DNA from: Chrysomallon squamiferum
Taxonomy: Eukaryota; Animalia; Mollusca
DNA length: 64,000 bases
Assembly: GCA_012295275.1 (NCBI GenBank)
Contig: CM022672.1
Span: 7,874,001-7,938,000 of the forward strand
Reading direction: 5' to 3'
Of the stretch, positions 14,724 through 28,299 are shown piece after piece (position 1 is the stretch's first letter; every line of letters starts with the position of its first letter). Position numbers and translations under genes: made by a program. The notes below the pieces were generated by a model. The model had not been told where the DNA came from, made no database searches, and worked only from the letters and a program-made list of their open reading frames with translations.

Positions 14724-16226
14724 CTTCTTAGCCAAAAGGTAGCCCTCTGAAAACCTCCGAGGATCGTCACCCATCATCCCAAACGTCTTATCTCGATTAA
14801 GTCTGGAGATGACTCCTCTAACCATAGGATCTTCTTCATCCGAATCATCCGAATCATCACCAGTGTCAAAGTAAGGGATTGGGGGAGCTGATGGTGATCT
14901 TAACATGGGATTAGGAGGCCGGAAATACACTCTAGGACTTAGTTTATCCATTGCCATGTCAGTCATTTCTGCCTTATCGTTACTGGATTGTCTGTATGAT
15001 AACTGGGCAAATGGAGCAGACACAGGTCGGCGAGAAGAGACATTGTGTCTGTTAGCTGGTGTGAAGTCATTGTGACTGGACGTCTGCGATTCACTATCAC
15101 TACTCAGAGTCTGCTCACTCTTATGCCGCTGCCTTGCCTGCATCAACTTGTGCATGCTCTGTCTGAGGTTTTCTGCACTGTTCACTTTGTCCAGATCATC
15201 GGAAGACTTGGCTCGCCAAATATCAGAGACTTTTGAATGTGAACTGTTCATCACTCGTGGAATGAGCCTGTTCTCTGCCCAGCTCTCCTCCCTGCTGGTT
15301 ATAGGGCATCGCATTTCAAAAGCAGAGCATGGCTTATTAAAAGCCGAGTTTCTAGGTGTGGGCAGGGTTGGAACATCAGGAGATAGGTGTGGATGTTCCT
15401 GCAAAGACTGTAATGAAAAAGCAGGCAATGACTCGCTTCTGTTGGTCAAAGGTTGTCGACTTTCAGCTGGCATTTCTACAACAATGGCATGTTCGTTTGC
15501 TCGATCTTCTTTTCCGAAGCCTAAACCACTGTCACTGTTTGAGCTGTTGCTGCTGCTACGCTGGACTGCCCGAGCTGGGTCTGCAAAAGCCTGTGACTGG
15601 ATTATGTCGTTGTCATACCCAGCCTGAGGCCTGTCCTTGTACAGATTGGCAACAGAAAGTATGATGGCTGTAGCAGATCTGGGAAACTCACGACAGCGTT
15701 GTGTTTCAGGGTTGATGGTACACTGAATGTTAAAACTTTGAGCCTTCTGAGCATGCACACTGTGAGATCGCAACTCTGGATCAACCATGAAGATGTGACA
15801 TGAACTAGCCACTGAATGTTCTGCCTGCTGCTGACACACTTCACTCACGTCATCCGAACTGTTGTGAAGTGTGACAATTCCAAAAAACCTTTTGTCATCT
15901 GGGCATATTCCACTAAACACCAACCTCTCCACTGGATAATGAGCTAAGGAACATCCCATTGCATTGGTCAACTTAACACCATCTTCACCCACTTCCATTA
16001 AAACTAAAGTGTGTATTTTCTGCTCCTTGCGTAGTCGACGTACAGCATTGCGCAGGGACTGCAGCCTCTGATGAGTCCTGTTTGCATTACCTGGCATTTC
16101 TATTGAACCTACATAGCCTACCACTGCCCTGATATCTCCTGTCACATTCATATCAAAGCTGTCATCGTCATCTTGGTCACCATGGTTACAACTAGAACAT
16201 GGAACTACTGCCATTGCTGAGGCTCT
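14724..16226 (-). CDS. RGS12: Regulator of G-protein signaling 12 (loco) - second coding exon, PTB/PID domain and Ser-rich linker; gene continues left of the window
   Basis: Acceptor tttcAG|AGA in phase 0; 1503 nt. VVGYVGSIEMP..AVRRLRKEQKIHTLV..CPDDKRFFGIVT..SCHIFMVDP and SNSDSGLG match the RGS12 PTB region. Donor AAG|gtatgt. Confidence 0.93.
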
Positions 16227-16552
16227 CTGAAATTTCAGAAACACAATGATTAACCCAACCATTGTGGGATGAAAACATACATCTCAAAAGAATGATTTTC
16301 TGCAAACTATGAGTATGAATCTAAGAAAAACTATTTTGCCATTAAAAATGTAAGTAACAATATTGTTTGGTTCTTGTATTAACAGTTTTAATTTACAACT
16401 TTATTTAAACAGAATTTTCTACTGGATTTTATTTTTTTTATAATTTGTAAGAAGAAATTAAAAAAAAATCTACAGCACATAATTAAATGTGCATGTGTGT
16501 GTGTGTGTGTGTGTGTGTGTTTTGATTGATAGTACTATTTATAGTTAGTTAC

Positions 16553-17392
16553 CTGCAGGTTGCTACAGCTAGCAGGTCGGGAAACACTGGCCTGATGAAT
16601 GAGATCACGTTTGTCACAACTCTGAGAAACGCTGTCATTGAGTCGGCCGTCACTGCAATGTCTCATCAAAGAAGACATTTCACGCGACGTTTGCAGTTCC
16701 TGGAACTGAACAGATGTTGACCCGCAGGACACACCATTGCGACTGCTAAGACTGGACTGTGACTGCAGCTGCTGCGACTGCCGAGTCCTGTCGCTCACTG
16801 AGAAGTTGCTGTGAGAGGTGCTGTTAGCAGAACAGTTGATGGGTTCTTGTGATGTGAATGACGAGCTCTGCGACTGACTTGTAGAATTTGACAAATCTGA
16901 TTCAGCTCCTACGGGAATGTGCTGTCGATTTCTAGAGTTACTGCACCTTAACTCTCCATAATTTTGTAAATGTCCGCTATTTCGAGGTGCTTCGGAAAAC
17001 TTTTCTTTGACGGCATGCATGTGTCGTGGTCGTATGCGGTTAGGATAGCGAGATTTTGTTCGTGGAGGATAATCATCGTCAGAAGAATCAGAACTGTTGT
17101 AGTTTTCAGCAACCTGTAGTTCAATTGTCCCTGTCGACAGACCAACTATACGCACAACATCGTCGTGAGTGGCTTTGGAAACATTTTCGCCATTAACAGC
17201 GACGATATAGTCACCAGGTTTGAGCCCCACCATCTCTGCAGGGCTTCCACCGACAATGCAGCTGAGAACACACGGGTGCTGACCTGATATTGTAAAACCA
17301 TACCCAGATCTGCCCCTGATTACATCTACTGTTTTTGTTCCATGCACAGGACGCTTCTTCCGTCTTTTAGGGTGATGCTGATTCGCGTTCAT
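16553..17392 (-). CDS. RGS12: Regulator of G-protein signaling 12 (loco) - first coding exon, PDZ domain
   Basis: ATG at 17392, 5 nt after acceptor ttctcAG. Encodes VDVIRGRSGYGFTISGQHPCVLSCIVGGSPAEMVGLKPGDYIVAVNGENV, matching the RGS12 PDZ (RGRAGYGFTLSGQAPCVLSCV). 840 nt, phase-0 donor CAG|gtaact. Confidence 0.93.
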
Positions 17393-18749
17393 GTTTTCTG
17401 AGAACAAAAATCAATGCAAAAATGAATGATCAGCATTACATAAAAACAAATATTAATATGGTTTAGTTCACTGAAATAATGTATGACAAATCAGTTACAG
17501 TCACTAAAGATTTATCAAAAGTACACAATCTGTTATATTAACTATAAATTTGATGGACTGTGTGAGTCTGTATAAAGGTTTATATCATATTTATTCTTTT
17601 TTTTTATCTGTATCACTACCTGTAAATTGCCTCAATCAAAACTGAAAAACTGTTTTACTTTCTCCTATGAAAATAAACCTGAAACTTGGAAGATGATCAT
17701 TTTGATGAAAGAATAGTATTTGTAACAAATCATCTACAAAATTGTATGGAACATTTAACCAGTAATAAAATTAGTAATTGGACAATATTAATAGCTTTTG
17801 TCTTGACAAATGGATCCACTGGTGTTTAAAACGAAATATCAATGAATGGAATACCATCAGACAACATAAGGTTAGAAATATGGCAAAACAGATAATAGTA
17901 AGGAAGTAAGAAGTATTGTTACCACAAAATAAAACTACTTTGTTACTTCCAGTTACTTGAAAAATACAACTCAAGTAGTTTTACTTCTTGAAATGACACC
18001 CCCAAAAATTACTGTGTCAAAAAGTGTATGTTGTTCTTTTAAAAATTGTGGACAAAACAGGATGTGAAAGTACATTTATCACTTGAAATTTCAAATTTTT
18101 TTATTTTTGATTTCACTTTTATTGTTGTTTTGTAAATATTTATGTATTATTGTCTTCTTCTTTTTAAAATTTTTATGTGGTGTTTGTTTTAACATTAACT
18201 AAAATCATGGACAAAAAGAAAAACCAACAGAAATAATTTACAAATATTTTAAAGTCAATATCTGTAAATAAAAATTATAAATATCTAATATGCATTTCCT
18301 CTAAATTTTAATCATCATATATATATATATATATATATTATATTATAATTATATATATTTACACTCAATATTATTGTAACAATAAAAAAAATAATAAGTT
18401 GGTGTAATTATGTCAGTGAATAAAAATTAAATAAATATAGACCATGATACGTTTAATAGGTTGGGTGAATGAACAATCAACTGAAGCAGGTGCTCTGTAT
18501 ATTAATACACCTTATAAAGTTATAGAAACAGCAAATCAACAAAATGTCGATCCAGTGATTATTTCAGATATTGTTAACATTAAATATTACTTGTATATAT
18601 AACACTTGCAACACTACAAAAATTTGTTTCCATTTCTTTTTTTTTTATTGATGTTAGTTTTTACAAACTAAATCTTTGTCACTTCGATCAACGTTGTGAA
18701 TAGATCAACTTTTGTTTGTTATTTACCGTGTTCATTCAATGTTATTTAC

Positions 18750-18930
18750 CGATTCTGATTCCCTCAGCTCTAATGCACTATTTTAACATCACCATAAGTA
18801 TCCATTTATATTACAAAGTGGCATATTTAAGAAATATGAAAGATCAAACTAAAAGTAAACAATATTTGTGTTCAGCCCAGCAAGATGGAGGTCCATTTTG
18901 AAACTTGAATATAACGTGATATCTGATTGG
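18750..18930 (-). promoter_or_regulatory. Probable RGS12 promoter and non-coding first exon
   Basis: Minus-strand CCAATCAG (18923-18930), then YY1-like CAAAATGG/CCATCTTG (18881-18900), then donor TCG|gtaaat at 18750. The RGS12 ATG exon starts with an acceptor, so an upstream exon is required. CpG depletion begins just downstream. Confidence 0.45.
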
Positions 18931-19172
18931 TCCTTGTCAAGGGATGACCCTCAACTCATGAAAGAAGATTAATGTATGGACTGTGTCAATGGTGAATCGA
19001 CCACACTATGAGCTCAGGCATTTTAAATTCGAATTTTAAAAATAAAATTAACACTACACAGCAATTAAAGCCTTGGGACTATATATAGTCATTGTGATTT
19101 AATTATATCTAGTATTTTTAAATATTTTTATTTTCTAGTTTCTTACAAAGAAAAAAAAAAAAAAATAAAAAA

Positions 19173-19228
<56 letters not shown>

Positions 19229-19401
19229 GAAATAAATAGCACTTTAAAAAGAGAAATATTAAATATAGTAATAATAAACTATATTATCGCAAAAAAAGCT
19301 TTAAAAAATAAAATTAAAATGGTTTTTAAAAAATTATCCTACAGCTTTTAATTTTTTATTTATTATTATTTTTTTTTTTTTTTTTTTTTTATTTTTATTA
19401 A

Positions 19402-19407
19402 TTAGTA

Positions 19408-19438
<31 letters not shown>

Positions 19439-19619
19439 AATGAAAAAAAAAAAAAAAGAATGTTGTTGACGTTCTCCATTATGGCCTTGGGAACTGAACT
19501 CGTAGCGGTTAAGATGGATTTAAACATGTCTGCGGGCTTAAGCTGGTCTTTGTTGTCCCAGATGCAGTCTGTGATTTTTATAAATGTGTGCACGCACAAG
19601 TCCGCATATTTCACGACTA
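19402..19619 (-). other. Exon-like segment of an unidentified gene (VVKYADLCVHTFIKITDCIWDNKDQLKPADMFKSILTATSSVPKAIMENVNNIL...)
   Basis: GC-richer island with acceptor ctttcAG and an open frame running into homopolymer tracts; no recognisable homology. Confidence 0.25.
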
Positions 19620-19815
19620 CTGAAAGTCATGGACGTATTACGATCACCAGGAACAAAGGATTTTACACACACCCACACATTAACTAGAGACAGGAAGAAA
19701 ATATATCCCCTCAATAGCTAAATAACAAATACACTGAATACAACATTAAATATTGACAATAAAATAAAATAAACTGTGGTTATGTTTTATATTTATAAAA
19801 AAATTCTTAATGCAG

Positions 19816-19874
<59 letters not shown>

Positions 19875-21073
19875 CGTTGTTGTTGTTGTTATTTTGTTCT
19901 TATTTCAGTAAGGTTTCTTTATTATTTATTATTAGAAAAAAAAGACAGAAAGAAAGAACAAGACATTTGTTTATTCAGATCTCGTTTTCAGTTAAAATTA
20001 TGATTAGTTTGATCTAACAAGGAAAATTCATTGACCCGATTTCTTCTATTAGGTATCATTTACAACATTTGCTCGTATTCATATTACATCAGTTCTCTTT
20101 GACTGAAGTGAATAACCTCGCCACTTCCTTGTGGAGGCAACCGCAAATGTTTGTAAATGATATCTAAACTTCCACTGAAGCGATTCGATCTGACTGTCGT
20201 TCGCGTATTACCAAAAAGCTAGCTACATTTGAATTACGCCCGGATCCAAAACTTCTTCTGATATAAATGAGAAAAATTAATTAAAACTATGTTCATCTTA
20301 TTATTATTATTATTGTGGTAGTAGTTGTTGTTGCTGTTGTTGTAGTAGTTTTTGTTGTAGAAGTAGTAATATCAGCAAAAAGTATAGTAGTTGTTCTTGT
20401 AGTTATAGTAATAGTAATCGTAGCAGCTAATAGTAATGGTGGTGGTAAGAGTAATAGAAGTAGAAGAATCTAGTATATTAAAAAATAATAATAATAAAAG
20501 TAGCATTATCATCAACATCCATCTATTCTGTGCTTCTTCGGTTATTTCTGTTACTATCACCGCCAGAAGCAAGTGCTGGAGCAGGTTTAAAACTGTTTAT
20601 TATTGTAACTGATCTTTTACAAGATATTTAATTCTTTCTTTTTTCTCTCTCTCCCTTTTTTTTTTTTGTAAACAGAGATGCAAATAGAAAATTAAATATA
20701 TAAAATAAATGAAAAGGTCGCCACGACACCAATATTTTTCTCTTTATCAATAGTTATGACTTATTATGGGGACGGGTTTTCTCTGTGTGCTTGCTCCCAG
20801 GTTTTGAAATGCAGGTGGCAGTGCCGACCTGTTATCCCCGAGTGCTGTGAGACACAAAATAATACACGTGTAATTATTATTTGTAATCCGATTATCGGGG
20901 TTTTCAGGGTTCATGTATGTACTAAAGGACATTGAATGTATTCATGCATGAGGATTTGTCATTTACATGGCTGTAAAAGAAAATAGCTGAAAAGGAGCGC
21001 CGAGGAATCGTAATCTACAAGCGATCGTCTCTGATCTTACAGTATTTGTTATATTACTGTTGTCAGATATAAT

Positions 21074-21109
<36 letters not shown>

Positions 21110-22440
21110 CATTCTGATATTTTATTTGCATTAATGCATTTCCAATTACTATAATTAGATTATATTAACAATTAAGTAAAACAGCAACATAACGTTTTTG
21201 TTCGTTGATTGGTTGGTTTCTAATTCGCTAAATAATTAGAATTACCTCCCTTATGGTTTGTTAGCATTTATTAAGATACTGTACCTAATTAAAATAATAA
21301 TAATAATAATAATAATAATAATTTTCCAGTCCAAACTCGAACTTCAGCCTTTAGAAAAGCCCTATTGACTATATCAGTAATGCTGTTCATTTAATAATAA
21401 TAATCGTTTGTTGTTAATTGAATAACACAAAAATCCATATATATATATATATATTTTTTTTATTCAGGTATTTTTCTCACCTGGAGGGAGTGACAGTATA
21501 ATATAAGTACTGTTTGCCATGTTAATAAAATAATAATTAAGAAAACAAAGAATAACAACAACTCAGAAAACTGCTTGTGTTCACTAACGTAACTGGTGTT
21601 TGAGCTAACTCAGTTTTGAGTGCGTCATAGTTATTTTGGACATTTTGCTTCCTTAGCCTTTAGCAGTGAACACAGAAAATTGCCATGAATGTGTATATTC
21701 CAAATCGTAAAATTCTCTTCCAGTAACTATAGTTATATACCCTATTAATATGATAAGAATATACTTAAAGTAAAGTTTATGGTCTAATATCAAAAATATA
21801 ACAGTAATTGTAAGGGGTTAAATATTTTATGCTTGGACTGAAATGGCACATTTAAGCACTGAACTTCTATAATTATAATTCCATAGTATCGATCATAATA
21901 CACAAATAATAATAATAATACTTGTCGAAACGACCTTACTAAGAAAAACAAAATAAATACAAAAATTAATACAAAAATCAAAATAATAATTAAAAATCTT
22001 AATTAGCCTTATTCGACTCTAAGTATTATTAAAGACGAATATTTTTTTTATAATGGCTATATACGCAATATTTTACAAATGCGTACTATTTTTTGAATTT
22101 TGTTAAACAGTTAAACGTATCAACGTATTTGTTCATATTAAACAGTAATATTTATTTAAAACTGTTTATTATACATAAAGTCCTCACTCTTGTACTGTAC
22201 ATTCCTTTGATAAAACGGGTTTTTACTTGGAATGTGAAAATATTGAATGTTCGCGGTTACGTAACACACTTGCCTAACATCAACTGTTTACATACCCTCT
22301 TCAGTAAAGTGTAACAGCAAACAAATGCCTGCAAGGCTGTAGTTAATTCTTATAATCGTATTATTACGAGGCCAGGCACAGAATAATATTAAGTTAACTA
22401 ATTTTCGTTATTTATTATTATTTTGTTTTGTATTTGTTTT

Positions 22441-22515
22441 GTTTTATTTTATTTTATTTTATTTTATTTTATTTTATTTTATTTTATTTTATTTTATTTT
22501 ATTTTATTTTATTTT
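22441..22515. repeat. (TTTTA)n pentanucleotide microsatellite
   Basis: Directly visible. Confidence 0.95.
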
Positions 22516-22913
22516 ACATTATATTACCTTATTTTACTTTACTTTATTTTACTTTTATTTTATTTATTTTCGTTTGTTTGTTCTTTACCTCTTTTAATTT
22601 GAAGTAGCCCCTTGCATACATACATGTATGTATACATTAGCTTTGTTCAGTTAAAGCATGTTTTCATTACGCCCCAAAACAAGCAACAGGACAATTATAG
22701 GATCACAGTGAATTCGTTTGCTGCTGCAGATTTGTTTTAAATATTTGTTTATTAAACAGTTTCGTTCTTGCTTAAGAGATAAAATTTCAGACTGACAAAT
22801 ATCCATTGTAGATGTGAAAAAAAAAATCTACATAGAAATTTAATGCTACATTAATATAAATTTAACAAGAACAAAAAAAAAATGATTCAGGAAATTATAA
22901 TGAAATTGTGACG

Positions 22914-22987
22914 TCAAATAAAAATAACATAAAAATCGTTCTGTCATCAAATAAAAATAACATAAAAATCGTTCTGTCATCAAATAA
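22914..22987. repeat. Perfect 33-bp tandem duplication
   Basis: TCAAATAAAAATAACATAAAAATCGTTCTGTCA twice, plus a partial third copy. Confidence 0.9.
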
Positions 22988-23151
22988 TAATCAGTGAACA
23001 TCAAAAGGCGTCTGCTTGGTGCAACGATTAAGTCATCGATCTTGGGGAAAGTATGTATCAGGATCACCTCTTTGTATAGATGACTTTCCAGATCTGAACT
23101 AGGGGAAGGAATTGCAAGGCAAAACTCTAGGTGCGTGTGTGTGTATGTATA

Positions 23152-23186
<35 letters not shown>

Positions 23187-23519
23187 GGAATACCCTTGTT
23201 CCTACATCTACATTTTATTGACTCCACATAGCTATTTCCCATTCTAACTAGTACAGAGAAGATGTGTAATATAACTGCAAAGAATCTCTCCTGTCGTTAA
23301 CAGGTAAGATGAGCCCCTCAAGAATTGGCAGCATTTTCATTTCCAGTAATATTCGCTTCAGAAACTATTTCTCTTCATCGCTAATTAGTAAAGTATATTG
23401 AGGTATCGTTAAATAATATTTATTGTTCGTCCTTACAAATATAAACAAATATCAAATTATTTACTGACTCACATAAACAATTTATGTTACTTGTTTTGTT
23501 TTTTTTGTGTTTTTCTTAC

Positions 23520-23721
23520 CTTCTTTGGAAAACGACTCTTTAGAAAGATTTTCATCGACAACGGCATTTTGAGGTAAGTCATCACGTGGTTTCTTTCTTG
23601 TAGTGTCAATGGCGGTATCTCTAGCTGATGTGTCCAAGGACTTCTTTTTCGTCTCTTTGTTAACATCCTCGACAACATCGTCGACGGTGGAACGTTTCGG
23701 AACATATCGATAACGCAACAT
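23520..23721 (-). CDS. Exon of an uncharacterised charged protein, possibly a pseudogene
   Basis: ATG-initiated 67-codon K/D/E-rich frame ending at donor AAG|gtaaga (phase 1); the downstream exon-like segment contains stops. Confidence 0.3.
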
Positions 23722-24114
23722 TTGTGACTGTTACCAGGAACTCAGAACATGTACTGAATGTTTCAGAAATTATCTCCAGTATGAACAAAAGCTTCAGATA
23801 TTTTTACTTTGAAACATTCATTTCAGCTTTATCCTTCATTGTTTATCAAACGGAATTATCGTCAATATCATCTCACCCCCCTTAAAAAAAAGTATCATAA
23901 TGAAAGTAAACTCAAATAAAAGAAAACTGTCCAAAACAAGAAATCACGTTGTTGATGTGGGTTTTTTTGTTTGTTTTTGAAAAATAATAGTAGTAGTACT
24001 ACTAGTAGTAGTAGTAGCGGCAGCAGTAGTAGTAGTAATCTAATGTATTACTGAAAATAAAAGTGTAGTCCATACTGTGTTGTTTTTGTCGTACACAAAC
24101 AGAATGTAATTATC

Positions 24115-24474
24115 TCATGACAACGCTCTGGGCAGTGTGTTCATTAATTGATCTTCAAGTCTGCTACATGTGTATTTATGGTAAAAGCTGCAGGCTATGG
24201 AATCATCACTGATGTCTGCATTATTTACTCCATCCTCGGAGAATTCAAGAATATCTTCTTTTTTTTCTTCATAAATCATATCCCGAGAAATTTCACAAAA
24301 AATACAACAATATGTCGTCTGCTTCATTAAATAGATATCAAAATCTATTTCAGTTCTTATATTCAAAGAAACTGCTAAAAAGGGGGAAAAAAAAGTACTT
24401 GCAAGTTGGCTGAGAACAAATTCGTCGCTAATTAAAATAATATTATTATCCTTTATGGAAGAAGCTGTAAACAT
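24115..24474 (-). CDS. Uncharacterised ORF or pseudogenic exon (119 aa)
   Basis: Non-repetitive, protein-like 119-aa frame. Shares the nucleotide block TTCRTCGCTAATTA (LISDE) with 23374-23388. Confidence 0.25.
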   Translation of the reverse strand: MFTASSIKDNNIILISDEFVLSQLASTFFSPFLAVSLNIRTEIDFDIYLMKQTTYCCIFCEISRDMIYEEKKEDILEFSEDGVNNADISDDSIACSFYHKYTCSRLEDQLMNTLPRALS

Positions 24475-26869
24475 CCGTTTATTCGATTCTTTTTAGCTTA
24501 GACCACAAATAGCACATTCACACACTCGACGATAATATGACTACGACCAGATGACACTGAGAGCAAGATGCTGTTGTAATGAAATCATACACTCACAGTA
24601 GGTGTTAGAGATATCGTCGTGTCACACGGTTCAATATTTTCCCACGTCCTCCCCTTGTTCTTAACCACTGTATTTACCTTTTAAGCGACTTGAAGATGTT
24701 AGTGGACGCAGAGGTGAAAATATCTTTGCCTGTTAATGGAAACAAGAGTTTCTTTCATCTTTGCTCTCTCTTTCTCTTTGTAATCACACATGTAATTTTC
24801 TCCTCGTTCTTAAATGCACTTTGTTCAGTGTCTGTATCAACAACTTTTCTCCTGTTTCCGTGAAGATGGACATGCGTGACCTCTTCTAAGGGGGCAGACA
24901 CAACCTCTCAGCCGTTATCAGCGCGGGTCAACGAGGAACGTTTCTTTTAAAAGAAACAAAGCAGACGTCGCATAATCGATTTTTTTTCTTTCTTTCTTTC
25001 TTTTTTTCTGTTACATTTGTTCAAAGTAGGTCTGGTACACACTGTATATATATATATAGTTGTGGTAAATTTATTTTTAAAAACGTTTAATAAACACATA
25101 CGATTAAACCACACGGCTCTATTCTGTTTATTTGCCAGGGTATTTAACAATGTTAAGCCGGTCACCACCTGGCTGTAACAGTTATATCTCGACAGGCCGA
25201 AACATGTAGAAAATATTACCTGAGGCGGTAATCAATTAATGGCCGAATAACAGTTCTCCTTGTGAAATAATGCTGCAACAGACACACCCCTATTCTCGCG
25301 TGTAAAACTGGTTATTAAAACCCCATTGAACAGACGTCAGTCATTGAAGCAGACGACAGCCAGGTGACTAAAATGTCAACAAACACGATATGGTTATTTG
25401 TACGCGGGGCATGCTTGCCATTTTTGTCTTCATTTCAGAGTTTAACGAATTTCGGTGATAAAATAAACCAGCCTCCGATTCAGTAATTTGTAAATTGAAA
25501 TTTTTTTTAAATCTAGTGAAATGAGATGTTTCTTACTTCCTCCCGTTTCTCTTCGTGTGTCTTGTTTTGAGAATATTTATAAATACTTTTTTCCTTTTTA
25601 AAAAAAAAATAATTTTTAATAAGAAATTAATAAAAATAAGATGCATACTTATTGAGGATACCGTTTAAAGCCGCTTGACGTATTTTAATAATGTATTTTA
25701 ATTATATATGGTTTGTAAAATTAAAAAATAATTTATTAACGAATGTTACTTTCCAGTTGCAATTGATACATTTCAATAAATACTTTTTTTATTAAATGCG
25801 TTTTGCATAATTAAAGCAGAGATTTATATGTTGTTTTATTCACGAATTAATGTGAAATTATCATGTATATTTATGAATTAAAAAAAAATCTTCAAATACC
25901 TGAGAAAAAGTATTAAAAAAAAAAAAAAAAAAAAAAAATAATAATAGTAATAAAACGTAAAAAAAATAAAGAAACCACCATCCGCCCAAAAAACCTACAA
26001 AATCAAACAAAAGACGGTAACACCAAACATATGAATATTTATATTAATTTCCGAACCATTTTCGATTATTTGTTAACAGAGTGACGAGTAAAACTTAATC
26101 AATATCTTTTAAAAAAAAAAAAAAAAAAAATGACAATATTAAAAAGAGTAAAACATGAAAAAACATAGACTTCCATATAAAAAGTATCGAAACAGGAACA
26201 AGAAGATTAACAACAATAACAATAAGAGTAATGGTTCTTCCAAACTGATGCAATTTTAAATAAATTCAGTTTGTTACTCATGTACGAAACATTTATCATC
26301 GTTGTTTAAATGTACAGCCCAAGCTGTTTTAACAAACCAAGACTTTATCACAAGTGTTGAAAAATGCTACGTCACATCATCATTATATCCACAACACTGT
26401 GGATGGTGTTGCTGTCGTGCCAAAAACGATTTCATTTCACATTTCGAAAGCAGTGGAAGGACGTTTTGTAAAAATAAAAAATAAAAAAAAAAAAAAAATG
26501 AAAAAAAACCTGTATCCTTTATTGATTGTGTCCTCTGGATCATGTTTCTAGACACAAGGACACTGAACTGTAAATACCAGTTTAACCATTGTTTTTTGTT
26601 TTTTTTGTTGTTCTTTTTAACATTGTTTTCCCTTATATTGCAGCTACATACAGCCAACAGAACCAGAGAAATGTTTCCGAGCTGATCGAGTGCTGATCTT
26701 ATCATGCACGTAAAAACGGTGTCTGAACTTTCTTAAAGATAGATTCTAGGGATTTTCATGTAAACAATAGTAGTACTAGTAGTAGTAGCAGCACAGAAGC
26801 AGCAGTAGTAATGTTGGTGGTAGTAGTATTATTAATAATAATAGTGATAAGATGAAAATGATGATGATG

Positions 26870-26954
26870 ATGATGTTAAATTAATAATAATAATAATAAT
26901 AATAGCAGCAATAACAATAACAACAATGATAATAATAATAAAAAATTATATTTA

Positions 26955-27034
<80 letters not shown>

Positions 27035-27128
27035 TTATTAATACCTGGGGTAACCCGGCATCTATTTCACGTCTAACAATAATATTTATAATAAACCTAT
27101 GACTAAATAAATAAATAACTCAATAATA

Positions 27129-27224
<96 letters not shown>

Positions 27225-27308
27225 ACAGCAGTAGTAGTATAGTACAACAAACAACAACAACGTTAATAATTGCACAGATTTTGAATCAGCTAATTTAAAC
27301 TGCAATAA

Positions 27309-27365
<57 letters not shown>
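26870..27365. repeat. Cluster of (TAA)n, (TTA)n, (TTTA)n, (TAG)n and (CA)n microsatellites
   Basis: Directly visible. Confidence 0.9.
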
Positions 27366-27367
<2 letters not shown>

Positions 27368-27738
27368 AATATTGCTGACTTCCAGTAAGCCATATTATTA
27401 GAAGAGGAAACATTTTTTTCTTGGGTTTTATAGACAAGAGTTACCTACCTTGATACACAAACTTGCTTGGATTTACTTCCTGATTGAGTTTCTCAATGAA
27501 CTTATTTATTCGTGTAAATTTTCTTACGTGTGTAACATAGTGTCAGAAATCTGGACTATGGAATTACAGTTTATAATATGACATATTTAACAGCTTCTAA
27601 ATAGTTTTTTTTTAATAAATTTTTACAAATTATCTTCTGCATGGAAACTTACACTTAAGTCCATACTAAACTGTAATTTATAGCTGGCTGCAGCGATTGT
27701 TGACCCAGGTACAGTGTGTACCTATAAAAAGCGTGAAA

Positions 27739-27780
27739 ATGTCGGACGAAGAGCAGATTTTATGTGGAATCAAACACGAG
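27739..27780 (+). CDS. BCL10: BCL10-like CARD adaptor, exon 1 (MSDEEQILCGIKHE)
   Basis: aaaATG start, 14 codons, donor GAG|gtaggt in phase 0. Aligns to vertebrate BCL10 TEEDLTEVKKD, where the first intron also falls. Confidence 0.78.
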
Positions 27781-28144
27781 GTAGGTGTAAAGGGACGGAT
27801 CTAGTAATTCTGAAAAGGGTAAAAGTCACTGCAGTGGATAAACGTTGCAGATTTAAGGATAAAAATTAAGGTGTTTAATTAAAAATATCTGTATACAAAA
27901 TTTAAATAACTAATGCATTTAGCGAGTGTTAAAAGCATAAATATACTGATAAAACGTCTGTGTAAGTTTATTAATGTAAACCTCTGCATCCGTATTGTGT
28001 TCCAGAGAAAAACATATATACTGTAATCTGCAGGTCAGTAGGGTGGGAAAATTGTCATTGTGTGGTTTCCTGAGTCATCTAGGTTACATCCAGCCTTTTT
28101 TCATTTGTCATATTCTGTATAATTATGTGTGTCAACAGAGGGAT

Positions 28145-28299
<155 letters not shown>

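Noticed and set aside
15045-17145. Overlapping or antisense ORFs within the RGS12 exons (e.g. 15148-15627 +)
   Set aside because: Shadow frames of the real minus-strand CDS.
26302-26484. Cys-rich ORF (HCGWCCCRAK)
   Set aside because: No recognisable domain and no compatible partner exon.
27723-27729. TATAAAA just before the BCL10 ATG as a TATA box
   Set aside because: It starts only ~16 nt upstream of the ATG, too close to place a TSS before the start codon; an upstream acceptor suggests this is 5' UTR.
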